Shown: in pieces, positions 1-12,559 of the stretch
Position numbering within the stretch: position 1 is the stretch's first letter
Layout: each line of letters starts with the position of its first letter
NCBI RefSeq assembly: GCF_006345805.1
Contig: NC_043009.1
Span: forward strand, 47,926,001 to 47,990,000
DNA length: 64,000 nt
From: Octopus sinensis
Taxonomy: Eukaryota
Reading direction: 5' to 3'
Position numbers and translations under genes: made by a program
Notes under the pieces: model-generated
What the model saw: the letters and a program-made list of their open reading frames with translations, nothing else
What the model was told of the DNA's origin: nothing
The model's database searches: none

Positions 1-114
1 AATTTCTATATATATAAATAGATAGATAGATAGATATACATATATATACATGCATATATATGCATGTATATATATATATAGGTAAATGCATATTTATATG
101 TGATGATGATGATG

Positions 115-145
<31 letters not shown>

Positions 146-256
146 CATATATATATATATATATAGGTAAATGCACATATATATATTAATATATATATAT
201 AAATATATATCATATATATATATATATATTTATATATAGGTAAATGCATATATATC

Positions 257-328
<72 letters not shown>

Positions 329-427
329 ATATATATATGATATATATAAGCATTTACCTATATATATATATATATATAGGTAAATGCATAAATATATATC
401 ATATATATATACATACATTCATATATA

Positions 428-475
<48 letters not shown>

Positions 476-481
476 TACATA
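1..481. repeat. (AT)n-based compound microsatellite with interspersed TAGGTAAATGCA motif
   Basis: Near-pure TA/CA/GA dinucleotide runs; motif copies at 79, 164, 237 and 377 (forward) and 350-360 (inverted). Confidence 0.95.
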
Positions 482-2034
482 TAGCAGTGGATTAACAACA
501 GCTCCAAACGCTTCCTAAATGCTCTTCCAAACTTAGCTATCCTCAAATAAATAATCAATTTTGCAGTTCCTGTTCTCATTCTTGCGGTTGTTTATTTATA
601 AATTTTTGCCTTTCCTTTTAGCAAGCATTTTCTAAAATTACACAATGTTTCATTTCTGTAATAAATAATGTTTTCTGAAGTTAAATAATGTTTTCACACA
701 CTTCGTTTAAACATTCCTTCCTTTAGCTACGTAGGAAAAAAGAGTCTGCTCATTGTCCGTACTTTATCCAAATTCATATAATTTCTTTAAAAAAAAAAAA
801 CCATGGCATTCTCTTTCTCTCATATACTTGCATGTGTATGGCGTTAAGTAGTTAAATACATCTATTCCATTTCTTCCACATTTATTTTGTTTTTTTGTTT
901 GACTGACATTAAAAAAAAAATTGATGAAATTTTCTCTTTTATTTCTTTTCCGTGTGTGCATGTATGCGGATATATGGGTGTATTTAATTTGATTAAATCT
1001 ATGTGTTTCCAAGCATTGAAAATGTCTGGTTTAAAAACTTTTTTTTTTTTTTTTGCCAATTCTTTAAAGAAGAGGAAAAAATAGTTAAGACAGGAACAGG
1101 TCTAGATGTGTGGTTAGGAAATTTGATTTTGCAACCATGAGGCTCTGGGTTATGTTGTACTATGCAGCCCTTGGGAAGTGCTTTCTACCATAGACTCAGG
1201 TATAATGGAATTTGATAGATGGAAAATGTACAGAAGTAAAATCTGTGCTTGTGTGTGTGTATGGCTTAGTGGTTGGGGTGTTGGACTCATGATCGTAAGA
1301 TTATGGTTTCAATTTCTGGAGTGGGCAATGTGTTGTGTTCGTGAGCAAAACACCTTTGTTTTACATTGGTCCAGTCCACTCAGCTGGCAAAAATGAGTAA
1401 TCCTGAGACAGACCAGTGTCCCATCGAGGTGTGGAATATATACCCCATGAAACCAGGAAACCAGCCCATGACATGAGAAGGAAAGTAAGTGTGTTGTGTG
1501 TGTGTGTGTATGTGCATCCATATCTCTGTTTATATTTACATTACTCTAAAAACTGATGTTCTCTATGTTGTGAATCTTTATTCCTTGAAATTCTTAATGG
1601 TTTGTCAAATAGGGGGTATAGGAATAAGTATCTCATCCTGTCATGTGGGAGACCAGAGTTTGATTCTCTGCAAGAAGGTTCATATTTTAATATTTTTAGG
1701 TCAGGTGTGGCTGTGTGGTAAGAAGTTTGCTTCCCAACCACATGGTTCCAGGTTCAGTACCACTGCATGACACAGATGGAAATACTTGGGTTTATAAATG
1801 TTTTGCTCATCATTGTTGCTACCATGGCTTCATGATCATCGTTTCATGTCCATTTATCCATACTGGTATGGACTGGACAAGTCTCACAGCATCTCTCAAT
1901 TCATGACAAGCCGTCATCAACCAACTCACATAACACCATCATCACCATCAACATTTAATGTCCACTTTTCCATGCCAGCATGGGTCAAACAAAAACAAAA
2001 TTTCTATGGCTGGATGCCCTTCCTGTTTCTCAAC

Positions 2035-2192
2035 CAGGGACAGACTGAGAGTATTAAGGGCCCTCAGGCATAGCTGTGTAACGGGACCCTTTGAATGTGT
2101 GTTTTAGTAGAGTTAAAATGTAGGGTACGGGCCCCTCAGAGCTCCGGGCTCTCAGGCAGTGCTCAACTGACCAACAGCTCAGTTTGCCCCTG
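2035..2192. mobile_element. hAT-type MITE (158 bp)
   Basis: TIRs CAGGGACAGACTGAG / CTCAGTTTGCCCCTG; decayed 8-bp TSD TTCTCAAC (2027-2034) vs TTCCCAAT (2193-2200). Confidence 0.75.
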
Positions 2193-2872
2193 TTCCCAAT
2201 CCTCATATGTTTCGAAGCAAGGTAACGTTTTCCCTTCATCAGACATGTTTTCCACAAAAGATTGGAAATGAACTACTTTGCTTGTATGGAGGTGATGCTC
2301 ATTTACAACCATCATGTTATGTCTACAAAAGGAGGCACACACACACAGACAGACTTGTCTCAGTTTCCATCTACCAAACCCACTCAAAAGTCTGTAGTTG
2401 TCCCTGGGTTATAGTAGAGGATATTTGCCCAATGTGTCAGGCAGTGGGACTAAATCCAAAAGTATATGATTAGGAAGTAAGCTTCTTAACCTCACAGATT
2501 CAACCGAGCCTATAAGAATGCCTGCATCTATATCCAATGGAGAAAAATCAGTCAACTCCGTTGCTGTACATATATTTTTCTTTCCACTTTTTTTTTATGG
2601 CATAGTATTTATGTTATGACTGGATGCTCTTCCTGTCACCCAATACCATCACACGTTTCAAACTATAACACACTTGGCCTGATGTGAAAAACATCATCAT
2701 GCCAAACATTTTCAATTTTATGCATCATGTATAATATTATCCATGATGTAGACTAGTCATGGTCAAACTGCAGGCCCATGGGACCTTTTGAATGGAATGC
2801 CTAACAAAATATTACCTTGAAGGGAAACACAAAAATGGTAAGTGGTCTATGGTACAAAAAAAATTAATTTAA

Positions 2873-3094
2873 CCCTTCTGTTACTGTATTTATTTTAAGA
2901 TGTTCTGTGTTTCTTTAAATTAATTTCAAATATAACAAAGAATTCAGTAAAATAACTTCATTATCATTAAGTTAGTGTTAAGAACATAGACTGTGACTAA
3001 GGTTTCGTGGAAGATTTTAATTCAGAATTTTTGAAAATAAGACATTTGTACTACAGAGCCAGAGGCAGTTTCAGCCGGGTTGGTATCGGAAGAG
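2873..3094. mobile_element. TTAA-flanked (piggyBac-like) MITE, family 1
   Basis: TTAA|CCCTT...AGAG|TTAA ends; related copies at about 8335-8572, 47775-47890 and 53970-54190. Confidence 0.65.
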
Positions 3095-3119
3095 TTAAAC
3101 TTGCTAAAATAATATTCGG

Positions 3120-3225
3120 AATGCCTTGTCTCTACTAAGTATAGCAGCAGATGTGTCACATAACATTAATTTTGAGGATCTGGTCAAAGATTTTGCAATT
3201 AAAACAAATAGGGAAAACTTTTTAA
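3120..3225 (+). pseudogene. Decayed hAT transposase C-terminal dimerisation fragment
   Basis: Translates to LSLLSIAADVSHNINFEDLVKDFAIK, resembling the hAT C-terminal LSLLSIE...DFDD.I..FA motif; a hAT-like terminus (ctagtcatggtcaaactgcaggccc) lies at about 2753. Confidence 0.55.
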
Positions 3226-4745
3226 GTATAAATAAAGAGGTGCAGGAGTGGCTGTGTGGTAAGTAGCCTGCTTACCAACCACATGGTTCCGAGTTCAGTC
3301 CCACTGCGCGGCACCTTGGGCAAGTCTCTTCTACTATAGCCTCAGGCCAACCAAAGCCTTGTGAGTGGATTTGGTAGACGGAAACTGAAAGAAGCCCATC
3401 GTATATATGTATATATATGTATTTGTGTGTATATGTTTGTGTGTCTGTGTTTGTCCCCCCAACATCGCTAAGTCCTGGGGTCGATTTGCTCGACTGAAGG
3501 CGCTGCTCCAGCATGGCTGCAGTCAAATGACTGAAACAAGTGAAAGAGTGAAAGAGTAGAAGTGTACAAAAATAAATATTTTTTCCACCTTACTGTTTGT
3601 TTTGCTTCATTTTGAAAAATAAAAACTTATTTCATGATTTATTGTGGAAGTGTATGATTTAGTGGTTCGGGTGTTTGACACATGATCATAAGATTGCGCT
3701 TTTGATTCGTGGACCAGGTGACACATAGTGTTCTTGAGCAAAACACTGCATTTCATATTGCACCTGACCACTCAGCTGGCAAGACGAAGTCATCCTGTGA
3801 GAGACTGGCATCCTGTCCAGGTGGGGAATACATACACCACAGAAACCAGGAAACCAGCCCTATGGGTCTATATGACTCGGGAAGGAACTTTACTTTTTCA
3901 CTACGGTTTATTATTGCTTATATTTCAAATTACATATGCATGGAGGCACCAAAATCTTTCAAGTGCTTAGGGCCTCAGTGAGTTTTATTTAATCTGGCCC
4001 TGAAACTCATGTATAGAACACTGCCACTGAAATGATTATCACTACCACCGTAATATCTATTAACAAATAAACTCCACCACAATGAAATCCTCATCATTAT
4101 TTTCATTATTGTCTTCGTGGTAATCACTTTTGAGCAGAAGTAATCCCCTTGTAAATTAAGTTTTATGATCTACATTCTGTTTGAGGTTGAAGCTATTTCA
4201 TTTATATTGCTAACAACTTTGACAAATATATGGAGATCATAACATTTGCTTAACCTATTAAAGAAACAATTATTGTCTATGCTATCAGTGGAATTAGTAT
4301 TTCCATGTTCTGTCTGATAACACTTAGCAATGTTGAACCATTAATTGTGAATATATATTAATAAATATTATCTAAGTACAAGCATGGTTGTGTGGTTAAG
4401 AAACTCATTTTGTAACTACATGGCTTTGGGTTCAATCACACTATGTGACACCTTAAATAGTGTTTACTAATATAACCCCAGGCAAATCAATGGGTTGTGA
4501 CGGAATTTGGTAGACAGAAACTGTAGGAAGGACTTTGTATGTGCGTGTGTGTGTTTGCATGTATACATATACATACATATAAACACACACACACACAAAC
4601 ATATCAGCCCGGCAAAGGTGATGATAACATTATATATATATATATTTATTTTAAAATAAATTAATTTACTCTGCTATGTATTGAGTACCTTATTTACTGT
4701 GGTTAACCCCGACTCAACCCGGGACCTACATATATATATATATAT

Positions 4746-5141
4746 GAGGTGCAGGAGTGGCTGTGTGGTAAGTAGCTTGCTTACCAACCACATGGTTCTG
4801 GGTTCAGTCCTACTGCGTGGCATCTTGGGCAAGTGTCTTCTACTATAGCCTCAGGCCGACCAAAGCCTTGTGAGTAGATTTGATAGACGGGAACTCAAAG
4901 AAGCTCGTCGTATATATGTGTATATGTGTGTGTATGTTTGTGTGTCTGAGTTTGTCCCCCTAGCATTGCTTGACAACTGATGCTGGAATGTTTATGTTCC
5001 TGTCACTTAGCAGTTCGGCAAAAAGACCGATAAAATAAGTACTGGGCTTACAAAGAATAATTCCTGAGGTGATTTGCTCAACTAAAGGCGGTGCTCCAGC
5101 ATGGCTGCAGTCAAATGACTGAAACAGTAAAAGAGTAAAAG
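4746..5141 (+). mobile_element. tRNA-derived SINE family A, full length
   Basis: Head with A-box TGGCTGTGTGG and B-box GGTTCAGTCC, CORE-like cttgggcaagtgtc segment, internal TA/TG microsatellite, tail ending aaagagtaaaag. More than 20 further whole or partial copies (e.g. 3238-3558, 19505-19650, 36173-37085, 52244-52620). Confidence 0.85.
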
Positions 5142-5314
5142 ATATATACATCACTAAAGCAACTGAGGATGCTATTCAGTACCAGTATTGCTAGAAATAA
5201 AAGTCAAAACAACTCATAGCCACAATAGTGCACTGTCTTATGACTTGTTTTGACTCTTATTTCTAGCAAACTTTTGCTGAATAGTGCCCTCAGTTGCTTT
5301 AGTGATGTATATAT
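5142..5314. repeat. Foldback inverted repeat, about 75-bp arms and 20-nt loop
   Basis: 5142-5218 is the reverse complement of 5239-5314 with about 10 mismatches. Confidence 0.9.
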
Positions 5315-5849
5315 TTTTGCCTTTCAGTTGAAAAATTGCTAACAAGCCACCCATATTATTTATTATTTACACCTTTACTACTTATGAAATCAGTGTACAA
5401 TTCCTATGGTGATCTTATAAGCTGACAAGGCAAGTTGAGTTTAACCCAAGGCACTGGTGAGTGTTAATGGAAATGTGAAATTACTGGTGATCTGGCTATA
5501 CCTTGTGATTATGAAGCTCGCCTCCCTTGTCAGTAAATAAGATGGTGCATTATTGTGGCTAGGAGTTGTTTTGACTCTTATTTCTAGCAATACTGGTGCC
5601 AAGCTGGATCAACCTTTGCTTTTTCCTTGGATAACATTGGTGGCATGGAGAAAGGCGGCTGGTATGCATGGGTGATAGCTGGTCTTCCATAAACAACCTT
5701 GCCTGGACTTGTGCCTCAAAGGGTATATTTCTGGGCACAATTCCATGATCATTCAAGGCCAAAAGAGGTCTTTACCTTTACCAAAGGGTGGCAAGATGCA
5801 CGTGGGTACTTAAATGGAAGAGGTGCAAAACTAGTCATCACCAAAGAAC

Positions 5850-6170
5850 AGAGGCCATTATTGTAGTAATAGAAAATACAGAGAGAAGACAACATACCTG
5901 TGGGTTAATACTGAAGTGTGTCTGTGCGAGTCTATTAAGGATTGTCAGCCTCAGCTTTGAGATGTTAGAAGTGAGAATGACAGGGTGAGCAACTTTCACT
6001 CTCGGTGTATGTAGGTTCATGGTGACATGGAAATGATTGCAAACCTGGCAGAGGGAAATGGAGGAGTTTGAAAGAGTTTTACTTAGTGTGTGCAAGGTGG
6101 AGTTGTATATAAATCAGGAGCAATTGTACAACCTTTCTCCTCAGAAGTACTGCTTATAGAACCATCAAAG
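5850..6170 (-). pseudogene. Highly decayed LINE-like fragment
   Basis: ORF 5838-6095 resembles the RT C-terminal region only loosely; similar decayed pieces at about 14225-14400 (PLNASKCK) and 50050-50450. Confidence 0.3.
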
Positions 6171-6285
6171 TTGAGACACAAAGAGAAGGAGAAAGGAGTA
6201 TACAGTAATCACTCACCATATCATAGTCCACCTATCATACCCTCAATACGTCACGGATTTTTCTAGCTAACATATGTAAATTTAT

Positions 6286-6523
6286 TAAGGCGGTGAACTG
6301 GCAGAGTTGTTAGCATGCCGGGCGAAATTTCTTAGCGGTATTTCATCTGCCGTTATGTTCTGAGTTCAAATTCCACCAAAGTCAACTTTGCCTTTCATCC
6401 TTTCAGGGTTGATTAAATAAGCACCAGTTATGCACTGGAGTCGATGTAATCAACTTAATCCCTTTGTCTGTCCGTGTTTGTCTCCTCTATGTTTAGCCCC
6501 CTGTGGGCAATAAAAAAATAAAT
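6286..6523 (+). mobile_element. SINE family C (taaggcgg...ctggcag head) with TSD
   Basis: 14-bp TSD ATATGTAAATTTAT at 6272-6285 and 6524-6537; B-box-like GAGTTCAAATTCC; A-rich tail. Other copies at 22045-22240, 35255-35472, 41890-42105, 47130-47410 and 60775-60990. Confidence 0.85.
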
Positions 6524-6774
6524 ATATGTAAATTTATATTAAAGGTTTCTGCAGCCGAGAGATATTTATATTTTTTTAGATTTTAATTATTTCTGTGATA
6601 AAATAAGCATTTTCATGCCTAAAAATTAATAAATTAATAAAAAAAAAATACAAGGGTACCATAGATGAGTACAAAGAAGTGTACAAAGAATCGCACATAC
6701 TGTATGGAAAACGAAATTCAGGAGGCAAGTGTGTGGTGTTGTTTTGCATTTATAATAAAATAATAATCATCATG

Positions 6775-7216
6775 ATCATCATCTTTGTTTAATGTCTGCT
6801 TTCCATATTAGCATGGGTTAGATGATTTGACTGAGGGCTGGCGAACCAGATGGCTGCACCAGGCTCCAATCTTGATCTGGCAGGGATTCTACAGCTGAGT
6901 GCCCTTCCTAATGCCAACCACTCTGAGAGTGTAGTGGGTGCTTTTACATGCCACCAGCACGAGGGCCAGTCAGGCGGTACTGGCAACGGCCACACTCAAA
7001 TGGTGTTTTTTACGGGCCACCTGCACAGGAGCCAGTCGAGCGGCACTGGCAACAACCTTGCTTGAATGTTTTTCACGTGCCAGTAAGGCGATGCTGGTAA
7101 TGATCATGCTCGAATGGTGCTTTTTACGTGTCAGCGACACAGAAACCAGTTAGCTGCTCTGGTGACGATCACGCTCGGATGGTGCTCTTAGCGCTCCACT
7201 AGCACGGATGCCAGTA
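6775..7216 (-). mobile_element. 5'-truncated RTE LINE 3' UTR with tandem ~57-bp units
   Basis: Matches the 3' UTR of the RTE copy at 15818-16300; ends in (GAT)n; contains repeated ggcacgtaaaaagcacc units. Confidence 0.75.
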
Positions 7217-10200
7217 TATACAAATTATAAAAATAATATAAAAAGATATACAGCACTGTTTCTATTGTACAGATTTTCACTTACCACAAGGGTGGTTTGG
7301 AACGTAACACCCACGGTAGTCAAGGGATTACTGTACTGCAAAAGTTGTTAGAGATATGTCTACCAAAAGACTAAAAGGATTGACTGCAGTGGTCTAAGAG
7401 CAATGCTTAGATATATTCTTTGTTTCAAAAGTTCGTTTTAATAAGAATCAAAAACATTTCCTAAATCAACATGAATTAAAGTATCATATCACAAATGACC
7501 TTTTTCTTGTCCTTTTCTGAAGATCTAAATTTTATTCATGTGCCAATTCTTGCTTTTGACACACTTTGGCCTGCAATTGCTGGGCTCTAGTACTGGGACT
7601 TAAATTACTTCTGTTAGAAATAAAAATGTTTTTTTTTAAATTCAAGCTCATGTAATGTAATCTCTTTTCCTTCTTTTATGCATTTACATGAAGTAAAGAA
7701 ACAGTGCCCATAATTCATACAGACTTCACTGTACATTTAGAGCAATAGTAATAGATAGATTCTGATTGCTATAACTGGCATTCAACAGAAAGTTCTGCAG
7801 GCTGGTGCAAGAATATGTTAATAAGAAAAGAATTCTATAAACATGAAACAGTTTTAGGGAAGGAGAAATTTGTAAATTGTTTATTACAGAATAAAAAAAG
7901 CACCCAGTGCATTCTATAAAGTAATTGATGTTAGGAAGGATATCCAGTTGTAGAAATCATGCCAAAACAGAAACAGGAATTGAACATAGCTCTCTTTGCC
8001 TCATCGTTTCCAGTCAAATCATCCAACTCATGCCAGCATGGAAAAAAGGGACGTTAAATGATGATGATGATGATGGTGGTAGTGGTGGTGATGATGATGA
8101 TGATGATAAATACTAAAGAGATAATAATGATGATGGTGACTATTAAATTGATTATAATGATGATGATGAATACTAAATTGATTATAATGATGATGATGAT
8201 GATGATGACGACGATGATGACGACAACAACGGCAACAATGATGATGATGAATACGCAGTCTGAATAATCAATATTATAGTCTACAACAACTGTAACTAGA
8301 TCTTAGCAAATGTATGAACAGGAAATCTTTTTAACTCTTTGTAATACCAACATGCAAGAAACAACTCGTGCATACTAAAGACTTTATATCTAAATTAAAA
8401 GCTCATTACAACAGGAATGATAATGTGATTTCAGTTGGTCAACATCAATACATCATACCAATATCTTAAGTTACAGATGTTTTACTAATCAACTACCAAC
8501 ATCTAGATTACTACTGATAAGTAATTAACATACATAGGTAGACTTCTAATTAGAAATATAATCACGAAATGGTTAAATAAGTATAAAATGATTCTTCTAA
8601 ACAAATATCAATGGTACCAAAGCTCAATGAAATTAAGACCCAGCAACAGAAAAAAAAATAAATGCTGAATAAAATACTTTTGTTCTCTCTTTAAACCTAG
8701 ATAATTCATATATATATATTCTGTCATTGTTTTATTGGTAGCAGTCATAGAACTGTAGCATTGATTACATCACCCGGCTCGGTAGTTTGGTACATATTTT
8801 GTTGATTGAATAAAGTATAAAATGCGAAGTGGACATGTATATCACAAAGTATTGTTGTTCATTTGTTCACCCCCAACAATGATATGAATGTGACATATGC
8901 ACAAACACACACACACACGTATGCACACGCACACACACACACACACACATGGATAGATAGACAGATAGACAGATAGAGGGACAGCTACATGAATAAATGG
9001 ACAAACAGAGGATGGATGAACAGACAGATGGACAGAAAGATGGATGGATGGACATAGAGAGACAGACAGATGGACAGAGAGAGAGAGAGACAGACAGATG
9101 GACAGAGAGACAGACAGACAGATAGATATATGAAAGGATGGATGGATGGATGGATAGATAGATAGATGGAGACAGACACACAGATGGACAAACAGACAGA
9201 TGGATGGATGGAAAGACAACCGGACAGACAGACAGATACACAAACACACATTCCAGATGCATTTCTGTACAGTTTCCATCCATCAACTATCACTTACAAG
9301 GTATCTGTCAATGTGAAAAAAAACGTTAAAAGACACTTGTCCAAAGTGCTGTGCAGTAAGATTGAACTTGAAACCATGTTGTTGAAAAGCAAACTTCTTA
9401 ACCACACAGCCATGAATGCATCAAAAATATGTTTAGATTTAGATGCCAGGTAAAAGAAGGAAATGAAAAATTCTGAAAACAGTGTTTAGTTTTGAAGCAC
9501 ATCAAAGTATTAGGATTGACATTTTCATTAAGAATGTGTGGTATATAAAGAATGGTTAGCCAATATGGCAAAAGGAAGTGGACAGGCTCAGAGCCAAGAC
9601 AATCCAACTACATAAAAATAAAAAAAACTGTGATTTGAATTTGGCATTAAAAAAGGTTTCCATTTATATAAAGCTCAGGCATCTGGAGTCATTCCAACAT
9701 TTTCAAAGACATTAAAATGCCATTATATAACTGATGTATTATGATTATTCAATTAAGGGACTAATTGAAACTGAAATTAAGTAGATTGAGGTTTATAAAT
9801 TACTAAAAAAAAAAGCAAAATATATAATTCTAGTTTAAATATATTCTGTCATCTAAACCTTCAATTTATAAAAAAAAAAAAATTCTAGAACAGAAAATTT
9901 CATTATCTTACAACTAGATCAATAAATCAAAAATAAATCAATTAAAAAAGAAATGAGATAAAATTTTAAAAACAGATACAATAGAGCATTTTAAACTCAG
10001 AAACTAGTCTCTTCAACATGTTCACCTAAACATATACAGGCATTGGCTTGATAACGTGTTGCTTGAAGATTCTAAATCAACTGGCAGCAGTTTTTACATC
10101 CTATGAATAATAATTACAAATTTCATGAATTTTTAGATATCACGCAAAAAATATTACAACAAACCCTCCTCTTCCTCCACCACTGCCACCTCCTCCTCCT

Positions 10201-10911
10201 CCTCTCCCGTTCCCCTCCTTCCCCTTTTAATGTCCACTTTTCCATGCTCACAGGGGCCAGATGGAATTCAGTGAGACAAGGAGACACTAATACACACACA
10301 TACACATAAACACACATAAACACACACAAACACACACATACATATAAACACACAAACACATACACACATGACAGGCTTCTTTCAGTTTTCATCTATCAAA
10401 TCCACTCACAAGGCTTTGCTCAGCCCAGGGCTATAGAAATAGACATTTGCCCAACTGCATGCTTTTAGGATTGAACACAAAACCATGTGGTTGGAAAGCA
10501 AATTTCTCAACTACACGGCCACACCTGTGTCAGAAGATAAATGAAGTTTCTGATATTAGAACAAATCAACAGAATGCAATTCCAGAGTACCTTGACACGC
10601 TGAGATTAATCACAGGCAACACTCCCTCCAATTTTCCCCAACCATTAAGAGAAACCTTTGATGCTTTGAGCAAAAGTATTTAAAATTCAAAGCCAGTCCT
10701 TAACATTCAAGCTTTAATGTAACTTATGAAGCACATATCTGTAAATTAGAATTGCAGCAACATATTGATGTGTGCAACACTAATGCAGTGACTGTGCTGT
10801 TGTGCATGTGTGCAGCTTAGAGGGAATGTTGTACATAGAAATCTAAGAGTTGTGTGAGCTATTCTGAAAGATAAACTTCTTGATTACAAAGATGAATTAA
10901 GGATTGAGTCT

Positions 10912-11900
10912 ATACAGAGTGTTTGGGCTAAATTTGATTTTTTTTTTATGTCTCCTGTTTTTAGGAACAGCTTGATGTACTGGTAAACAGTCAACGGTGT
11001 TGGAGAGCATAAAGATTATAGTTGTAGTCATGAAAAAGTTAGCTGACGTGGAGGACTGGAAACCATGGTGGAAACACATGGCTTAGTGGTTAGGGTGTTC
11101 GACTCATAATCATAAGATTTTGGTTTTGATTCCTGGACTGGGTGATGCATTGTGTTCATTTCATGTTGCTTCAGTCCACTCAGCTGGCAAAATGAGTAAT
11201 CCTGTGATGGACTGGTGTCCCATCCAGGTGGGGATTTTACACACCATGGAAACCGGCCCTTATGAGTCAGCACCATTCAAGAAGGTATCTTTACTAACTT
11301 TTACTGGAAACCATCTGAATATTTGAAGAGTTACCTGTATCAAAATGCCACCATCATGACTACTGCTTAAAGCTCTGTGAACACTGGAAAAGCTGTAAGA
11401 CATGACATGGACATCATGAAAACCAAGTTCCTCAAAAACTGTGATAGACTCTGGGAGTGCCTCCAGTGGAGGTGACATCATGCCACCATACATCTTTGAA
11501 CAGGGCCTTAGGCTTAATTATGAAGCTGCTGGAGACTGTGGTCAATCCCTGGCTGGAAAGGGCTACTGCTGGAAGGCCATATGAGTGGCAGCAGGATTCA
11601 GCTTCTTGTCATACCTCCAGGAAGAGTTAGAAGTGGCTATCAGAAAATTTTTATGAATTCACCGGCCCCATTTTTCTGGCCTTCTAATTCCTCCACTCCC
11701 CAACTGTAATTCCATGGATTACAATGTGTGGGGTGTGGTTGAGAAAGACACCAGCCACTGGAACACCAAGGCTGGAGGCCAAGATCAAAGTGGTGTTCAA
11801 AGATCTTCCCAGAGACACAGTAAGGAAGGCATGTGCCTAGTTCTGGAGCCTTCTTGAGGCCATCCTGGTGGAAACTGAGGATGGCTACTTTGAGCAAACT
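10912..11900 (+). pseudogene. Decayed Tc1/mariner (maT/DD37D-like) transposase
   Basis: Frameshifted translation gives LLETVVNPWLERATAGRPYEWQQDSASCHTSRK...FWPSNS...MDYNVWGVVEKD...DTVRKACA*FWSLLEAILVETEDGYFE; interrupted by a SINE at about 11085-11280. Confidence 0.8.
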
Positions 11901-12559
11901 GTTATCTCCCAACTATAAATGAGTTGATATTTTTTGAGTTTTGAAAATAATTTAATTTTTGGATGGGGTTTTGTGTTTTGTAGTGTCTAGGTAGGGTCAT
12001 TATGCAAATATAATTAACACACATGCCAGTTCAATTCCACCCATTTATCAAATATCTGACTGTTTTGTTTTTGTTTGTCAAAATTCTTTCGTTGAAAAGG
12101 TTGCAAGAAGCAATGAAAGAGCTTTGACAAACAAAAACAAAACAATAAATGAGTGGAATTGAACCAGTGTGTCTGTTAATTATATTGGCATAATGACCCT
12201 CCATAGACACAACAAAATTTGCTTCAACACACAAATTCACATAAAGAATCTTGCAAACAAGATACAAAAACGAAGAAGCATTGTGTTTTCTTTACCTTTC
12301 ATGCATCAATGTATATAACAAATGTAGACCAAACATCTTGTATTTTACAGGACATGTTTCATGTCTAAAATCAGTATAATTACCATAACTCGTAATGCTT
12401 TTCTTTACTTTTAAAAATCATTTGGGCTTCTACAACAGATAAAATAATTTGAATCATAGCATGAATTTCAGCCTCTCAAAAACTAGTGTCTGTTTAAAAG
12501 TTAACTCCATAAACTTAACCTTTAACAAAATGGTCCAAAAAGTCGACTTTGACACAAAC

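Larger units (their letters stand above)
6203..7333. mobile_element. Tigger/pogo-like non-autonomous element carrying two nested retroposons
   Basis: TA|CAGTAATC at 6201 and GATTACTG|TA at 7326-7335; subterminal sequences resemble Tigger ends (gttacgttccaa..., gtgaaaatc). Confidence 0.7.

Noticed and set aside
244-495. ORF of 83 aa and similar ORFs at 8842-9293, 29562-30005, 31681-32142, 36297-36975, 50453-50774 and 56243-56715
   Set aside because: Translations of di- and tetranucleotide microsatellites (YI, SIYL, GRKE repeats); no coding signal.
6930-7216. Regularly spaced ~57-bp repeats superficially like a CRISPR array
   Set aside because: Eukaryotic context; the inter-repeat segments are homologous to each other; no cas genes; part of a LINE 3' UTR.
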